Virus record (IMG/VR): IMGVR_UViG_3300045988_162372
Source of the DNA: a virus
Length of the DNA stretch: 64,000 bases
Strand: one strand, 5' to 3'
Position 1 is the stretch's first letter. Every line of letters starts with the position of its first letter. The notes under the pieces were generated by a model. That model did no database searches. It was not told where the DNA came from and saw only the letters and a list, made by a program, of their open reading frames with translations. Of this stretch, positions 42,382 through 51,479 are shown one piece after another. Position numbers and translations under genes: made by a program.

Positions 42382-43791
42382 ATGACACATACATTACTAA
42401 AAGATGTGATGCAAAATGCAACTTTTCATAAAGCAGATGGAAAATCTATTGGTATTAATGGTATTGGCATAAAAAAGTTTGCAGCTATTGTTGGTAATCT
42501 TCGTGGTTGTCGTTTGAATGTATTGTCAAGTAAGGGTGATGGATATGTTTCTTCTGCCACATTGCATATTTCTCCGAATGATGAGGAGATTATTCACCCT
42601 ACTATAGAATGGTTTGAGAATGGAAACTTACCAGATAATGGTATGAATATTATTAATGGGAAGTTGAAAGGTACTATTGCAACTTTAACTTATACAGAAG
42701 AAGTTAATTTTACCGATGATATTATTGAGCAATATTCAATTAAATATGCAGAACAAATTTTATTGAACAAGAAACACATTTTTATTAATGATAAGGAATT
42801 AGTTGCAATTGACCCTACTCATACAATAGGTATCAATGATATCAATAAAGACCTTATTGTAGATGAAGAAAATAGATTGTATATTGCTAATTTTAAATTA
42901 GAAGCCTTTATTGAGGGACAAGAGAATATTAAAATACCGTTTATTGTAACATCTGTGCAGGCACTCGATCCGTCACTTCTTCGTAAAAAATATCCTTTTG
43001 AAAATAAGCCTTTTAATTATCTGGGTGGTATATACACTATTCGTGGTGGACGTTTCATTGATTATGGTAATAATACCAATATAATGTTTGCTATGGAAAG
43101 CAGTAAACTTGGCTCAACCAAAGGCAGTGGAATGTATGGAGATATTAGTGGTAGCCTAGCTGGATACAACCGTTTGATTATTAATCTGGATAATACGGAA
43201 AGCGCACGTTTATTTGGTGTCCAATCAATTAAAAGCAAGGGAATAATTCCATTGCATGAAAATGACAACCTTTTCAAATATAAGGTTAATGTAAATGGGG
43301 TGAAAATTACGGTATTTGAAGCTATTTCATACATTCGTTGTTTTAACCATAAATTCTACACAACAACCATTAAATCTTCTAAATATAATTGGAAGAATTT
43401 TAGAGAAGATGTTTACAAGAAATTTTATGAATACGATTTTTCTACGTCCAAACAGATTAAAAAGTCAGTAACTTCTGCCACGGCACACAAGAGTAAGAAT
43501 AACGAAGAGGCGATTTATACCATCGCTGATAGTGCTTGTTATCTTAAAGTTCAATGGAAACAGAACGCTCATAACGACAAGGCAAAAATTGTGTATTCAT
43601 TACCTAATGAAGATTGTTTGTTGTACAGACGCAATAAAGAAAATGTAAATCTAATTAGTAAACTTACAACACTTTTCATAGAAGATTTTAAGTGTTTCGC
43701 TGATTATGCTCATTATGATAGGGAGGGTATTAAGAATTTACTAATTGCAAGAACAAATCAATATCTTGATAAAATGAAAGAGGAGGAATAA
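42382..43791 (+). CDS. GHKL (HATPase_c_3/MORC-like) ATPase; the listed ATG truncates the ATP-binding domain
   Basis: ATG 42382 is the M of the G1 box DDGCGM; the N box EAIDNAIDA is encoded in the same frame at 42277-42303; frame open from 42163 with no ATG/GTG/TTG. Confidence 0.7.
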   Translation: MTHTLLKDVMQNATFHKADGKSIGINGIGIKKFAAIVGNLRGCRLNVLSSKGDGYVSSATLHISPNDEEIIHPTIEWFENGNLPDNGMNIINGKLKGTIATLTYTEEVNFTDDIIEQYSIKYAEQILLNKKHIFINDKELVAIDPTHTIGINDINKDLIVDEENRLYIANFKLEAFIEGQENIKIPFIVTSVQALDPSLLRKKYPFENKPFNYLGGIYTIRGGRFIDYGNNTNIMFAMESSKLGSTKGSGMYGDISGSLAGYNRLIINLDNTESARLFGVQSIKSKGIIPLHENDNLFKYKVNVNGVKITVFEAISYIRCFNHKFYTTTIKSSKYNWKNFREDVYKKFYEYDFSTSKQIKKSVTSATAHKSKNNEEAIYTIADSACYLKVQWKQNAHNDKAKIVYSLPNEDCLLYRRNKENVNLISKLTTLFIEDFKCFADYAHYDREGIKNLLIARTNQYLDKMKEEE

Positions 43792-43845
43792 TATGGAAAA
43801 GTATTTTGTAATTTTTTATTATAAACCAAAGTAAATTTTAATAAA

Positions 43846-44238
43846 ATGAAAAATTTAACATTAAACAATGTGCGAATTGCATGGAATGAAAGTAAGAATA
43901 GTGAATTCTTAAAAACTAAAATGGTTGTGTATAAGTTGGTATTTCCAGATAATACTTGCTATGTAGGATTGACATCACTCACTATGTATGAAATGCTTTC
44001 AAATCTATGTAAGTATTATCATCAGGGAATGAGTAGAATTAATCAAAAAATAAAAGATTATCGTTCTTTCCTTGCTGAAGTGCTTTATGAAGCGGAAGAT
44101 AAAAATGATGCCGAGGATTATAAAAAATATGCAATTTCTAAAATAGTTAAAGAAATTGCACAGAAAGGGCATCTAAGAAAATACCACCATTTACAAGATG
44201 ATAATATTCTAAAAGTCTTATTAAACGATAGGTGGTAA
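43846..44238 (+). CDS. GIY-YIG-like domain protein (degenerate)
   Basis: VVYKLVFPDNTCYVGLT fits GIY-x9-YIG spacing; downstream catalytic residues not clearly seen. Confidence 0.4.
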   Translation: MKNLTLNNVRIAWNESKNSEFLKTKMVVYKLVFPDNTCYVGLTSLTMYEMLSNLCKYYHQGMSRINQKIKDYRSFLAEVLYEAEDKNDAEDYKKYAISKIVKEIAQKGHLRKYHHLQDDNILKVLLNDRW

Positions 44239-44973
44239 ATTCTCTGTAAATTTATTTATTCTTTCGTTAGTCATATCAACATATATTTTGAATTTTTCAA
44301 AACCAATATATTCAAAGTTATGTTGTAATGCAGCAAGAGCAACCGTACCACTACCCATAAATGGGTCTAAGACTATTATATTGTTATTCTCTTTTGATGG
44401 GATACAATCCATAATATTGTTAGGCAAGTCTATTGGGAATGGTGCGGGATGCTTTGTATTTTTTTCAAATGGGAATGACCATATTTCGTTTTTGTATTTT
44501 GTCGTAAGGCTACGATAAAAATTAGGTTTAGTTGTTTTTGTTAGCCAAAATACTAATTCAGTCATTGGTAGGAAACGACAAGTATTGACGTTATTCGTAC
44601 TTCCCCTATCCCATATAATTTCTTGTCTGATTTTGAATTTTGTTTTGAACAGCCATTGATAAGGTGATACTATTTCACCTTTATGTATTCTGTTTTTATG
44701 ATTGTAAAACATTGATCCGTCAGACTTTAAGACTCTGAAACATTCATTTAAGAAATTTATTTGCCATTTTTGGTATTCATCTTCTGGAATATTATCGACA
44801 TTTACATCATCATTGTAATCTATCGTTCCTTTCCATTTCTTACCTTTTTGTATACCGTTAAGACCTGCTTTATTGTAAGGTGGCGAAGTAATGATTAAAT
44901 CTATTGAATTATCATCCAATAATTTCAGGCCATCCATCACATCTATATTATATATTCTGTTTGTTTCTAACAT
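44221..44973 (-). CDS. DNA methyltransferase, beta class (N4-C or N6-A)
   Basis: Motif IV DLIITSPPYN near the N-terminus, motif I VLDPFMGSGTVALAA near the C-terminus; only minus-strand gene in a 60-kb + block. Confidence 0.85.
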   Translation of the reverse strand: MLETNRIYNIDVMDGLKLLDDNSIDLIITSPPYNKAGLNGIQKGKKWKGTIDYNDDVNVDNIPEDEYQKWQINFLNECFRVLKSDGSMFYNHKNRIHKGEIVSPYQWLFKTKFKIRQEIIWDRGSTNNVNTCRFLPMTELVFWLTKTTKPNFYRSLTTKYKNEIWSFPFEKNTKHPAPFPIDLPNNIMDCIPSKENNNIIVLDPFMGSGTVALAALQHNFEYIGFEKFKIYVDMTNERINKFTENLPPIV

Positions 44974-45074
44974 ATCAAATCATTTTATATATATAAATAG
45001 AGTACTGAATATATTTAGGTATAACTTTTAGTAGTTTTTAACTATTAATATTTGGTTATTTGAGTTAGAATTTA

Positions 45075-45082
45075 TATTTTTG
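45075..45082 (+). promoter_or_regulatory. -7 promoter box TAnnTTTG
   Basis: TAttTTTG(CA) upstream of ATG 45099. Confidence 0.55.
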
Positions 45083-45098
45083 CATTATTAAAAATAAA

Positions 45099-45383
45099 AT
45101 GTATAAAGTTATGGCAGTAAGAAAAGAAAGAAGTATTTACTTCACCAGAAAAGAAGAATTGGATTTTGTGAGACTTTGTACTATTCATGGTTTCAAGAAA
45201 CGTGATATTATTAAAGACGAAGAAAATAGAGTGACTAAGTTTGAAATCTATCTGCCGTTTATAAGTGGCAGTATGGAGAAGAAATTGAGCAATGTGGCAA
45301 GATACACGAATAGTCGTAGGACTTCAGCACCTTGCATTGTAGGACGGCAACATCTTATCAAAGTAACATTTAACAAAAAATAA
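45099..45383 (+). CDS. hypothetical protein (94 aa)
   Basis: ORF track. Confidence 0.65.
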   Translation: MYKVMAVRKERSIYFTRKEELDFVRLCTIHGFKKRDIIKDEENRVTKFEIYLPFISGSMEKKLSNVARYTNSRRTSAPCIVGRQHLIKVTFNKK

Positions 45384-45395
45384 TTGATTATAGGT

Positions 45396-45872
45396 ATGGC
45401 GACAAGAGCAACAATTACATTAAAAATCAAGGATGAAGATTTGAATAAGACAAAGAAATTTGACATTGATAAACTTCCAGAAAATACGTCTTATAATGAT
45501 GATTGCATCGAGAACTTGAGGGAGGTTACTCTTAACAAACCTTACATAAGTATTTATCATCATTTTGACGGTTATCCAGATGGATTAGGGGTTACTTTGT
45601 TTACTAAATTTCATGATTATGATAAGACATTGAATATCCTTCTAGGCGGTGATGCTTCATCCATTAACGGTGATACCATTATACAGTATTGTCCAGCTTA
45701 TCAAGATGAGGATTGGGATAGTACCAAACCAGATTTAACTGATGAAATTCCTGTTGCTGATCAAGACTATCAGTATTATTTTGACGGTGAAAAATGGTGG
45801 TTTAGAGGTTACGAGAAAACTAAATGGAAAGATTTGGAAAAGTTCTTACAAGAAAATAATTTGGTTAATTAA
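45396..45872 (+). CDS. hypothetical protein (158 aa)
   Basis: ORF 45384 (TTG) trimmed to ATG 45396. Confidence 0.65.
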   Translation: MATRATITLKIKDEDLNKTKKFDIDKLPENTSYNDDCIENLREVTLNKPYISIYHHFDGYPDGLGVTLFTKFHDYDKTLNILLGGDASSINGDTIIQYCPAYQDEDWDSTKPDLTDEIPVADQDYQYYFDGEKWWFRGYEKTKWKDLEKFLQENNLVN

Positions 45873-45915
45873 CACTATTTAACTATTTCTTCTTGTTTTT
45901 TTCAAATACATCTCT

Positions 45916-45923
45916 TATCTTTG
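45916..45923 (+). promoter_or_regulatory. -7 promoter box TAnnTTTG
   Basis: TAtcTTTG(CA); SD TAGGAGAT; ATG 45959. Confidence 0.65.
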
Positions 45924-45958
45924 CAGTACGAAACTAAAAAAGATAGGAGATTTTTGTT

Positions 45959-46300
45959 ATGAGAGACTATGGAGTTATAGAAAAAGAAGATTTGTCTGCT
46001 GAAAATATTTATAAGACTCTTAATGAGGTCTTTAAAGATGTGGATAGAGAGTATGATTATGCTGTGATTTACTACGAACGCAAGGAAGATAAAATTACGA
46101 GATTAACAGAATTATTTGGTTGTCCTTGTTCTCAAAACATAGTGGATGTTAATGATTATGGCTGTATTGACTACTATAAAGACTTGTATGATGCCACATA
46201 CAGATGGCGTGAATTACAACAGATAACTAATAAGAGTTATCATAGGGTTGCTATTGTTTCTTATCTTGATTCAAAAATTATTATTTCAGAAGATGAATAA
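45959..46300 (+). CDS. hypothetical protein (113 aa)
   Basis: ORF track; SD. Confidence 0.7.
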   Translation: MRDYGVIEKEDLSAENIYKTLNEVFKDVDREYDYAVIYYERKEDKITRLTELFGCPCSQNIVDVNDYGCIDYYKDLYDATYRWRELQQITNKSYHRVAIVSYLDSKIIISEDE

Positions 46301-46682
46301 TCAAGATATATTATTTACAGATGAAATTTGGAGAAACATTGCAGGTTATAATGGCAAATACCAGATTTCAAATATGGGTAGGGTAAGACATAATGAAACA
46401 ATATTAAAACCTTACCCAAATTCTTGTGGATATTTGAGAGTTGGATTATATAAAGAAGGGAAGCATAGAAAAGAGCTGGTACACAGACTTGTTGCAGATG
46501 CTTTTATTGACAATCCTTATAATTTGCCAGTTGTTAATCACAAGAATGAGGACAAAGAAGATAATAGGGCTACTAATTTAGAATGGGCTACAATAAAAGA
46601 AAATATGAATTATGGCTCATTACAGGATAGGAAATCAAGGAGCTTAAAATTAGCATATAACAGAAGAAAAATAATCTATTAA
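46293..46682 (+). CDS. HNH homing endonuclease with NUMOD4-like N-terminus
   Basis: YNGKYQISNMGRV (NUMOD4); VHRLVADAF; VNHKNEDKEDNRATNLEW (HNH_3); ORF 46248 trimmed to ATG 46293. Confidence 0.85.
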   Translation: MNNQDILFTDEIWRNIAGYNGKYQISNMGRVRHNETILKPYPNSCGYLRVGLYKEGKHRKELVHRLVADAFIDNPYNLPVVNHKNEDKEDNRATNLEWATIKENMNYGSLQDRKSRSLKLAYNRRKIIY

Positions 46683-46725
46683 CTTCAATTAACATAATAT
46701 ATTTGGTAGTATGAGAAATAATCAC

Positions 46726-46733
46726 TACCTTTG
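46726..46733 (+). promoter_or_regulatory. -7 promoter box TAnnTTTG
   Basis: TAccTTTG(CA); SD TAGGAGAT; ATG 46797. Confidence 0.65.
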
Positions 46734-46796
46734 CATTGTGTTTAAGAAATGAGTTATTATTCAAAACAACAATTAAAAATCATAGGAGATAAAATT

Positions 46797-47369
46797 ATGG
46801 GACAAAGAACTCAAATGTTAATTCAAACGGTGAATAATAAAGGTGAAAAGAAAAACCGTTTATATCATTTTCAATGGGGATTTGGTAGGACAATGTTTTT
46901 GCAGTTAATGGATTTATACCTTAGTGATTATTTTAAAGATTGTTTTCAAAGGGATTACTCTGTTTTTGACGTAACAAAACTAACCAAACATGCTTATGAT
47001 ATTACCGATGAGGTTGATATTCCAGAGGATTTGGATATAAATAATATCGAACAGGTAAAATCTATTTTCGAGCATTGTGACAACAATAATGGTGGTATGG
47101 TAATACAAGTAACTGAAGATAAAGTTGATTATCATGGGTTTCATTATCTTGTAGGTCTTGTGCTTGGTTATGAAGGCTGTTGGGATTATGACAAAGAAAT
47201 TGAAATAGAAAAGCCTTTTTCAAGATTTGTTTCTTGGAAAGAATTTTTTGAAAAAGAAGGAGGGAAATTTTGTGAAAATAAAGGATTTCTACAAATGTGG
47301 AGAGGGTTTATTAAATTTGGTAATATCAAGTTTATCAAACCGACAAAGACAAATAAAAAGAATGTATAA
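46797..47369 (+). CDS. hypothetical protein (190 aa)
   Basis: ORF 46749 trimmed to ATG after SD. Confidence 0.7.
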   Translation: MGQRTQMLIQTVNNKGEKKNRLYHFQWGFGRTMFLQLMDLYLSDYFKDCFQRDYSVFDVTKLTKHAYDITDEVDIPEDLDINNIEQVKSIFEHCDNNNGGMVIQVTEDKVDYHGFHYLVGLVLGYEGCWDYDKEIEIEKPFSRFVSWKEFFEKEGGKFCENKGFLQMWRGFIKFGNIKFIKPTKTNKKNV

Positions 47370-47394
47370 TTACTAAAATATAGGAGATAAAATA

Positions 47395-47619
47395 ATGCGT
47401 AAATTGATTGGTACTATAGTTATTTTGTTGTTTTTGTATGTTGGTTTCTTTGGTTGTGAACGTTATCACATCAAACCGTTTATTGCAGAGTGGTTACAAA
47501 GTGATAAACCAGAAAAGTTAGGGAAGAATATTGAAAAAGTAAGTAACAAAGTAAAAGAAATTACAGATACTGTTGTAGAAAAGGGTGATAAGGTTATCAA
47601 TTCGGCAGTAAACGAGTAA
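47395..47619 (+). CDS. membrane-anchored/secreted protein (74 aa)
   Basis: SD TAGGAGAT; N-terminal hydrophobic helix. Confidence 0.65.
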   Translation: MRKLIGTIVILLFLYVGFFGCERYHIKPFIAEWLQSDKPEKLGKNIEKVSNKVKEITDTVVEKGDKVINSAVNE

Positions 47620-47633
47620 AATAATATAACGAT

Positions 47634-48197
47634 ATGAAGAATACATTTAAGACATACGCAGGGCTGATTTTAGCCCTGCTGTTGGCAAGCTGTTCAACAA
47701 CAAAGGATTTTCATCTTTACCAAAGTGACCATTCATTTAAGGTAAAGGCTGAATTTGACCAGGTGTGGGAAGAAGTAATTGATTATGTTGCAGAAAGCAA
47801 TTATGAAATTACTAATTTGGAAAAAGAAAGTGGTATCATAACGATTAGTCCATGTCGTTTTAAGGCTGCATTTCAAGTAAAAGGTATGCAGAATAACAAT
47901 TACTACTATGCAGTGCAGAACTATCCTAAATATAAGAAAAAGGACTTATATGTAATAAGTAATTGGAACATCCGTGTAAAGCCTATCAATCATTATGTAA
48001 CCAAAATATCGGTGAACCTTTTGGATAACGGCAGGGTAATAGCCATTGATGACGATAAGAAGCAGACTGAATTGGATTTGGCAAACCAAAGCACAGGCAC
48101 GTTTGAAAAGAAAATACTTTATCAGATTTTGGATAATTTACGAAAGAGAAATTTTGACGAATACGATTGGAGATATTATGAAGGCGAAAATCATTGA
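47634..48197 (+). CDS. putative lipoprotein (187 aa)
   Basis: Signal peptide with lipobox LLASC. Confidence 0.7.
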   Translation: MKNTFKTYAGLILALLLASCSTTKDFHLYQSDHSFKVKAEFDQVWEEVIDYVAESNYEITNLEKESGIITISPCRFKAAFQVKGMQNNNYYYAVQNYPKYKKKDLYVISNWNIRVKPINHYVTKISVNLLDNGRVIAIDDDKKQTELDLANQSTGTFEKKILYQILDNLRKRNFDEYDWRYYEGENH

Positions 48198-48202
48198 TAA
48201 GT

Positions 48203-48913
48203 ATGAAGTATATTCAACGATATATAAAGACGTTGGCAGATGGAGTCATTGAAAAGAAATCAGAAATATCAAACTCGGTATATTATAAATTAACTGGTAA
48301 AGACGGGAGTAGATTTACCATACGTTGTAGCGACCATTTTTCTGTAATGAAAGCATATATCACCAATGATATTGACATCATACAGGCGTTTGGTGAAAAG
48401 GATAAGTTTGTTGTAATGTATGATGAATACAACACCCCAATGATAAAAAATCGTAAAGAAACAAAAGACTTCATTAAATTCGCTTATGACTTGTATATGA
48501 TGAAAACCTTTAAAAAAGAAAGTGAAATGTTAAAGAAGAGTAAAGAAAGCATAAGTGAAGAAGAGTTGATGGAAATCAGAGATTTACCAGAAAGTGTTTC
48601 TTTGAAATGGAATAATCATCTAGCAGACGTAGTAAAACTAAAACATAAGCATACAAAAGTATTTGAAGGTGAATGGTCATCGTTCTATGGTATGCTTGTA
48701 TGTACATTTAAAGGCAGAATCGAATTTACCAAGAAGGAACGAGATATAATTGCCAAATATTTGGAAAAAGAATACCTGAACAGGGACGAAATTTGCGAAG
48801 TATTGTACAATATTGTATCATTAGAACCTAAAAGAGAGTTTAACGAAGGAAAATTAAAACAATATCTCTATCATAGATATTTGATGAAAAAAGAAGAGGA
48901 GGAAAAGAAATGA
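48203..48913 (+). CDS. hypothetical protein (236 aa)
   Basis: ORF 48194 (TTG) trimmed to ATG 48203. Confidence 0.65.
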   Translation: MKYIQRYIKTLADGVIEKKSEISNSVYYKLTGKDGSRFTIRCSDHFSVMKAYITNDIDIIQAFGEKDKFVVMYDEYNTPMIKNRKETKDFIKFAYDLYMMKTFKKESEMLKKSKESISEEELMEIRDLPESVSLKWNNHLADVVKLKHKHTKVFEGEWSSFYGMLVCTFKGRIEFTKKERDIIAKYLEKEYLNRDEICEVLYNIVSLEPKREFNEGKLKQYLYHRYLMKKEEEEKK

Positions 48914-49185
48914 CAAGAGAGGAATTAAATAAGATATTGGTTGAACATCATTTTCAACTGATTTCAGAACATAATAATAAACGTGTGACTACATATACCT
49001 ATACTTGTAGTATATCGTATCTCAATCGTTTTATCACATTCAATGTACTAAACGGTAGTGATGATATATATAATGATAGTGTTCTGTATGAGATACAATC
49101 ACCAATATATCATAGAACTATTGATAGTAGTGAATGGAAAGGAATACAAGAGGTGAAAGATTATTTAATAAGAAACCATTTCTGA
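48910..49185 (+). CDS. hypothetical protein (91 aa)
   Basis: ORF track; ATGA overlap. Confidence 0.65.
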   Translation: MTREELNKILVEHHFQLISEHNNKRVTTYTYTCSISYLNRFITFNVLNGSDDIYNDSVLYEIQSPIYHRTIDSSEWKGIQEVKDYLIRNHF

Positions 49186-49186
49186 A

Positions 49187-49206
49187 TTGTACTCAATTGA
49201 GTACAA
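49187..49206 (+). repeat. dyad motif, copy 9; perfect 20-bp palindrome TTGTACTCAATTGAGTACAA
   Basis: Starts 2 nt after stop 49185; 34 nt from the 16-nt core (49188-49203) to ATG 49238; no TAnnTTTG box. Confidence 0.85.
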
Positions 49207-49237
49207 GGACTCATCTAAATTTATAAAAAGGGAAGTT

Positions 49238-49465
49238 ATGGAAACATTTGAAATAGTATTGATAATATTAGGGTTGTTAATGTTGGTCTGTGCATTACTA
49301 TACAGTTATAATAGAGGTTGCTTGAATGGCTTAATGCAAGCAAAGAAAATTGTTGAACAATTATATAATGATATGGATGAACAAAAGAAAATATATCAAG
49401 ATATCTTAAAGGCATACCAGAAACTATTAGATGAAAAGAAAGAAAAAGGGCTTAATATTAATTAA
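49238..49465 (+). CDS. membrane-anchored protein (75 aa)
   Basis: ORF 49187 trimmed to ATG 49238 (the longer call starts inside the palindrome). Confidence 0.6.
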   Translation: METFEIVLIILGLLMLVCALLYSYNRGCLNGLMQAKKIVEQLYNDMDEQKKIYQDILKAYQKLLDEKKEKGLNIN

Positions 49466-49499
49466 CTATTATTCATTTGGCTAAACCAATAATAAGCGG

Positions 49500-49507
49500 T
49501 ATCTTTG
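49500..49507 (+). promoter_or_regulatory. -7 promoter box TAnnTTTG
   Basis: TAtcTTTG(CA) inside the longer ORF call 49477. Confidence 0.65.
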
Positions 49508-49533
49508 CAACAAATAAAATTAGAGAATATAGG

Positions 49534-49809
49534 ATGAAAGATGATAAATCAAAATATAAATTAATAGCAATAATAATGATGCTTGCAGGAATCTTATTCG
49601 ACGGTTCATTAATATTTTCCTGTATTATTGTAATGCTGTTTATGATGCCGCTTATTAACGTGAATCAAATTGAAGAAATGTCTATAAGTGAAATGACACA
49701 AGAAGATATTGAAACGATGGTTTTCAAAGCGTTGGCATATATGAGTATGTATGTTGCGAGTGTAGCGGTAGTTAATAATATGATAGAAACTGCTATGACC
49801 ACATTTTGA
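49534..49809 (+). CDS. membrane protein (91 aa)
   Basis: ORF 49477 (TTG) trimmed to ATG after the promoter. Confidence 0.6.
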   Translation: MKDDKSKYKLIAIIMMLAGILFDGSLIFSCIIVMLFMMPLINVNQIEEMSISEMTQEDIETMVFKALAYMSMYVASVAVVNNMIETAMTTF

Positions 49810-49820
49810 GTTATGGGCTA

Positions 49821-50423
49821 ATGAATGATAAAAATTTATTGAAAATGATAACAAGGTATATTGCAGGAAATTGTAAGATTGATATTGAAAAGAAAAAGGC
49901 AAATGATGAGGAAATCAAAAATTATATCAATAGTTTGCCTTTTAAAATTGTAGTGTATAACAAGGATAACCAATCATTGAAGAATTTATCCGCCTTTGAC
50001 AGCATTGATAATATTCGTGATTACAAACGAATGTATGGAAAGAAAAGCTATTTTACTTTTCCTATAAAAATCGAAGGAGAAGCAAGTATCAGGATTGACG
50101 ACGATGTTGTTGTAGAGGATAGCAAAGATGGCGTTATGGCTGTTTCTAAGCGTTATATGAGGACTTTCTTTCCTGAGTTGAAGACTGCCTTATCTAAGGA
50201 TGTAAAGCTCAAAGGACGGCAAATATGCGATAATTTTATAACTTCGTCATTATCTTCCATCATTAATCGGGAATATTACAATGTAACATTGTATGAGGGT
50301 GATAATGTACAGAATCTAAATATGATATTCGCAGATGATACGCTGGTACTTAGACGATATATTACCAATAACCTTGTATTGTCTAGTAATTCAATGAGGG
50401 CATTGGTGAATGAGATTAAATGA
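49821..50423 (+). CDS. hypothetical protein (200 aa)
   Basis: ORF 49806 (TTG) trimmed to ATG 49821. Confidence 0.6.
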   Translation: MNDKNLLKMITRYIAGNCKIDIEKKKANDEEIKNYINSLPFKIVVYNKDNQSLKNLSAFDSIDNIRDYKRMYGKKSYFTFPIKIEGEASIRIDDDVVVEDSKDGVMAVSKRYMRTFFPELKTALSKDVKLKGRQICDNFITSSLSSIINREYYNVTLYEGDNVQNLNMIFADDTLVLRRYITNNLVLSSNSMRALVNEIK

Positions 50424-50441
50424 AACTAAAATAGAATTTTT

Positions 50442-50993
50442 ATGGAAAGAACAGACAAATTTGTAGCAAAATTGGATAAGTTTGATACCACCGCTTTTCC
50501 TGACAGATATTATGACATCGAGGAAATGATATATGCTTATAAAAAACTAAACGAAACTGATGAAGTGGTTAATTCTCATCTTACTGCTCTTAAAAACATT
50601 ATAAACAATGCAAGAAAAGAAAAAGGAACGATGGTAATGGATAGGATACGTTTCTGGGAAAAATTGCTATATGATTTTTATCATATCAAAGTAATGGATA
50701 ACAATGAAACTGACAAAGTGCTTTACGAATTCTATTTCTATCCTTATAAAGTGGTAAGAAGTAATTCTACCGTCTTTGGATTATATTGTGAAAAGAAAAA
50801 TCAAGATAATTTTTATGTCTATGAATGTGGTATTGTAGATAAGGGTCTTAATATCTTCAAGGATCTGGGAACAAACCCTATGGAAATTGAATATTCTGAT
50901 GAAAAGGAGATGTTGAAGAATGCAACAGATACGTGTAAGAACTTGATTGATATGCGAATGTGGAAACTGAAATACAGGGATAAGGTAATTTAA
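50442..50993 (+). CDS. hypothetical protein (183 aa)
   Basis: ORF track. Confidence 0.7.
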   Translation: MERTDKFVAKLDKFDTTAFPDRYYDIEEMIYAYKKLNETDEVVNSHLTALKNIINNARKEKGTMVMDRIRFWEKLLYDFYHIKVMDNNETDKVLYEFYFYPYKVVRSNSTVFGLYCEKKNQDNFYVYECGIVDKGLNIFKDLGTNPMEIEYSDEKEMLKNATDTCKNLIDMRMWKLKYRDKVI

Positions 50994-51021
50994 TGTTTTG
51001 ACATAAGAAATAATTTCTGTA

Positions 51022-51037
51022 TGTACTCAATTGAGTA
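51022..51037 (+). repeat. dyad motif TGTACTC-N4-GAGTA, copy 10
   Basis: TGTACTCAATTGAGTA; 32 nt before ATG 51070; no TAnnTTTG box. Confidence 0.8.
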
Positions 51038-51069
51038 TTATTTATTCACTAATTTTAATATAAAAGAAC

Positions 51070-51474
51070 ATGGAAGTAAAAGAATGGTTTAACAGTCTTT
51101 TTAGGAAGATTGAACCGAAAGAAAAGGCTCTGACGGCAGAGGAGGCGTATTTCAAAACCAAGTATGGTGTTTATCGTACTGTGGAACAACGTATCAAGGA
51201 CAATCAGAAGAACATCAAAGAACTTATCAAGTCAAAGGTAACACCTGCTTATAAAGCAGAAACAAAGTTCAGTTCTTTCTATTGTGTCATTGATTTGGAT
51301 GATGAATTGAAGCCTTACGTGAATGACATATTTAAGCCGTTTGTGGAGAATGGTTTTAAAGTAATCAATCTTTCAGATAAAGTTGAAGAAATCAATGATG
51401 AACTTGTATTTCTTATTTCGTGGTACAAAAACGATTTTGGAGAAGTTGTTAAGTCAAACACTAAAAATAAATAA
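51070..51474 (+). CDS. hypothetical protein (134 aa)
   Basis: ORF track. Confidence 0.7.
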   Translation: MEVKEWFNSLFRKIEPKEKALTAEEAYFKTKYGVYRTVEQRIKDNQKNIKELIKSKVTPAYKAETKFSSFYCVIDLDDELKPYVNDIFKPFVENGFKVINLSDKVEEINDELVFLISWYKNDFGEVVKSNTKNK

Positions 51475-51479
51475 AAACT

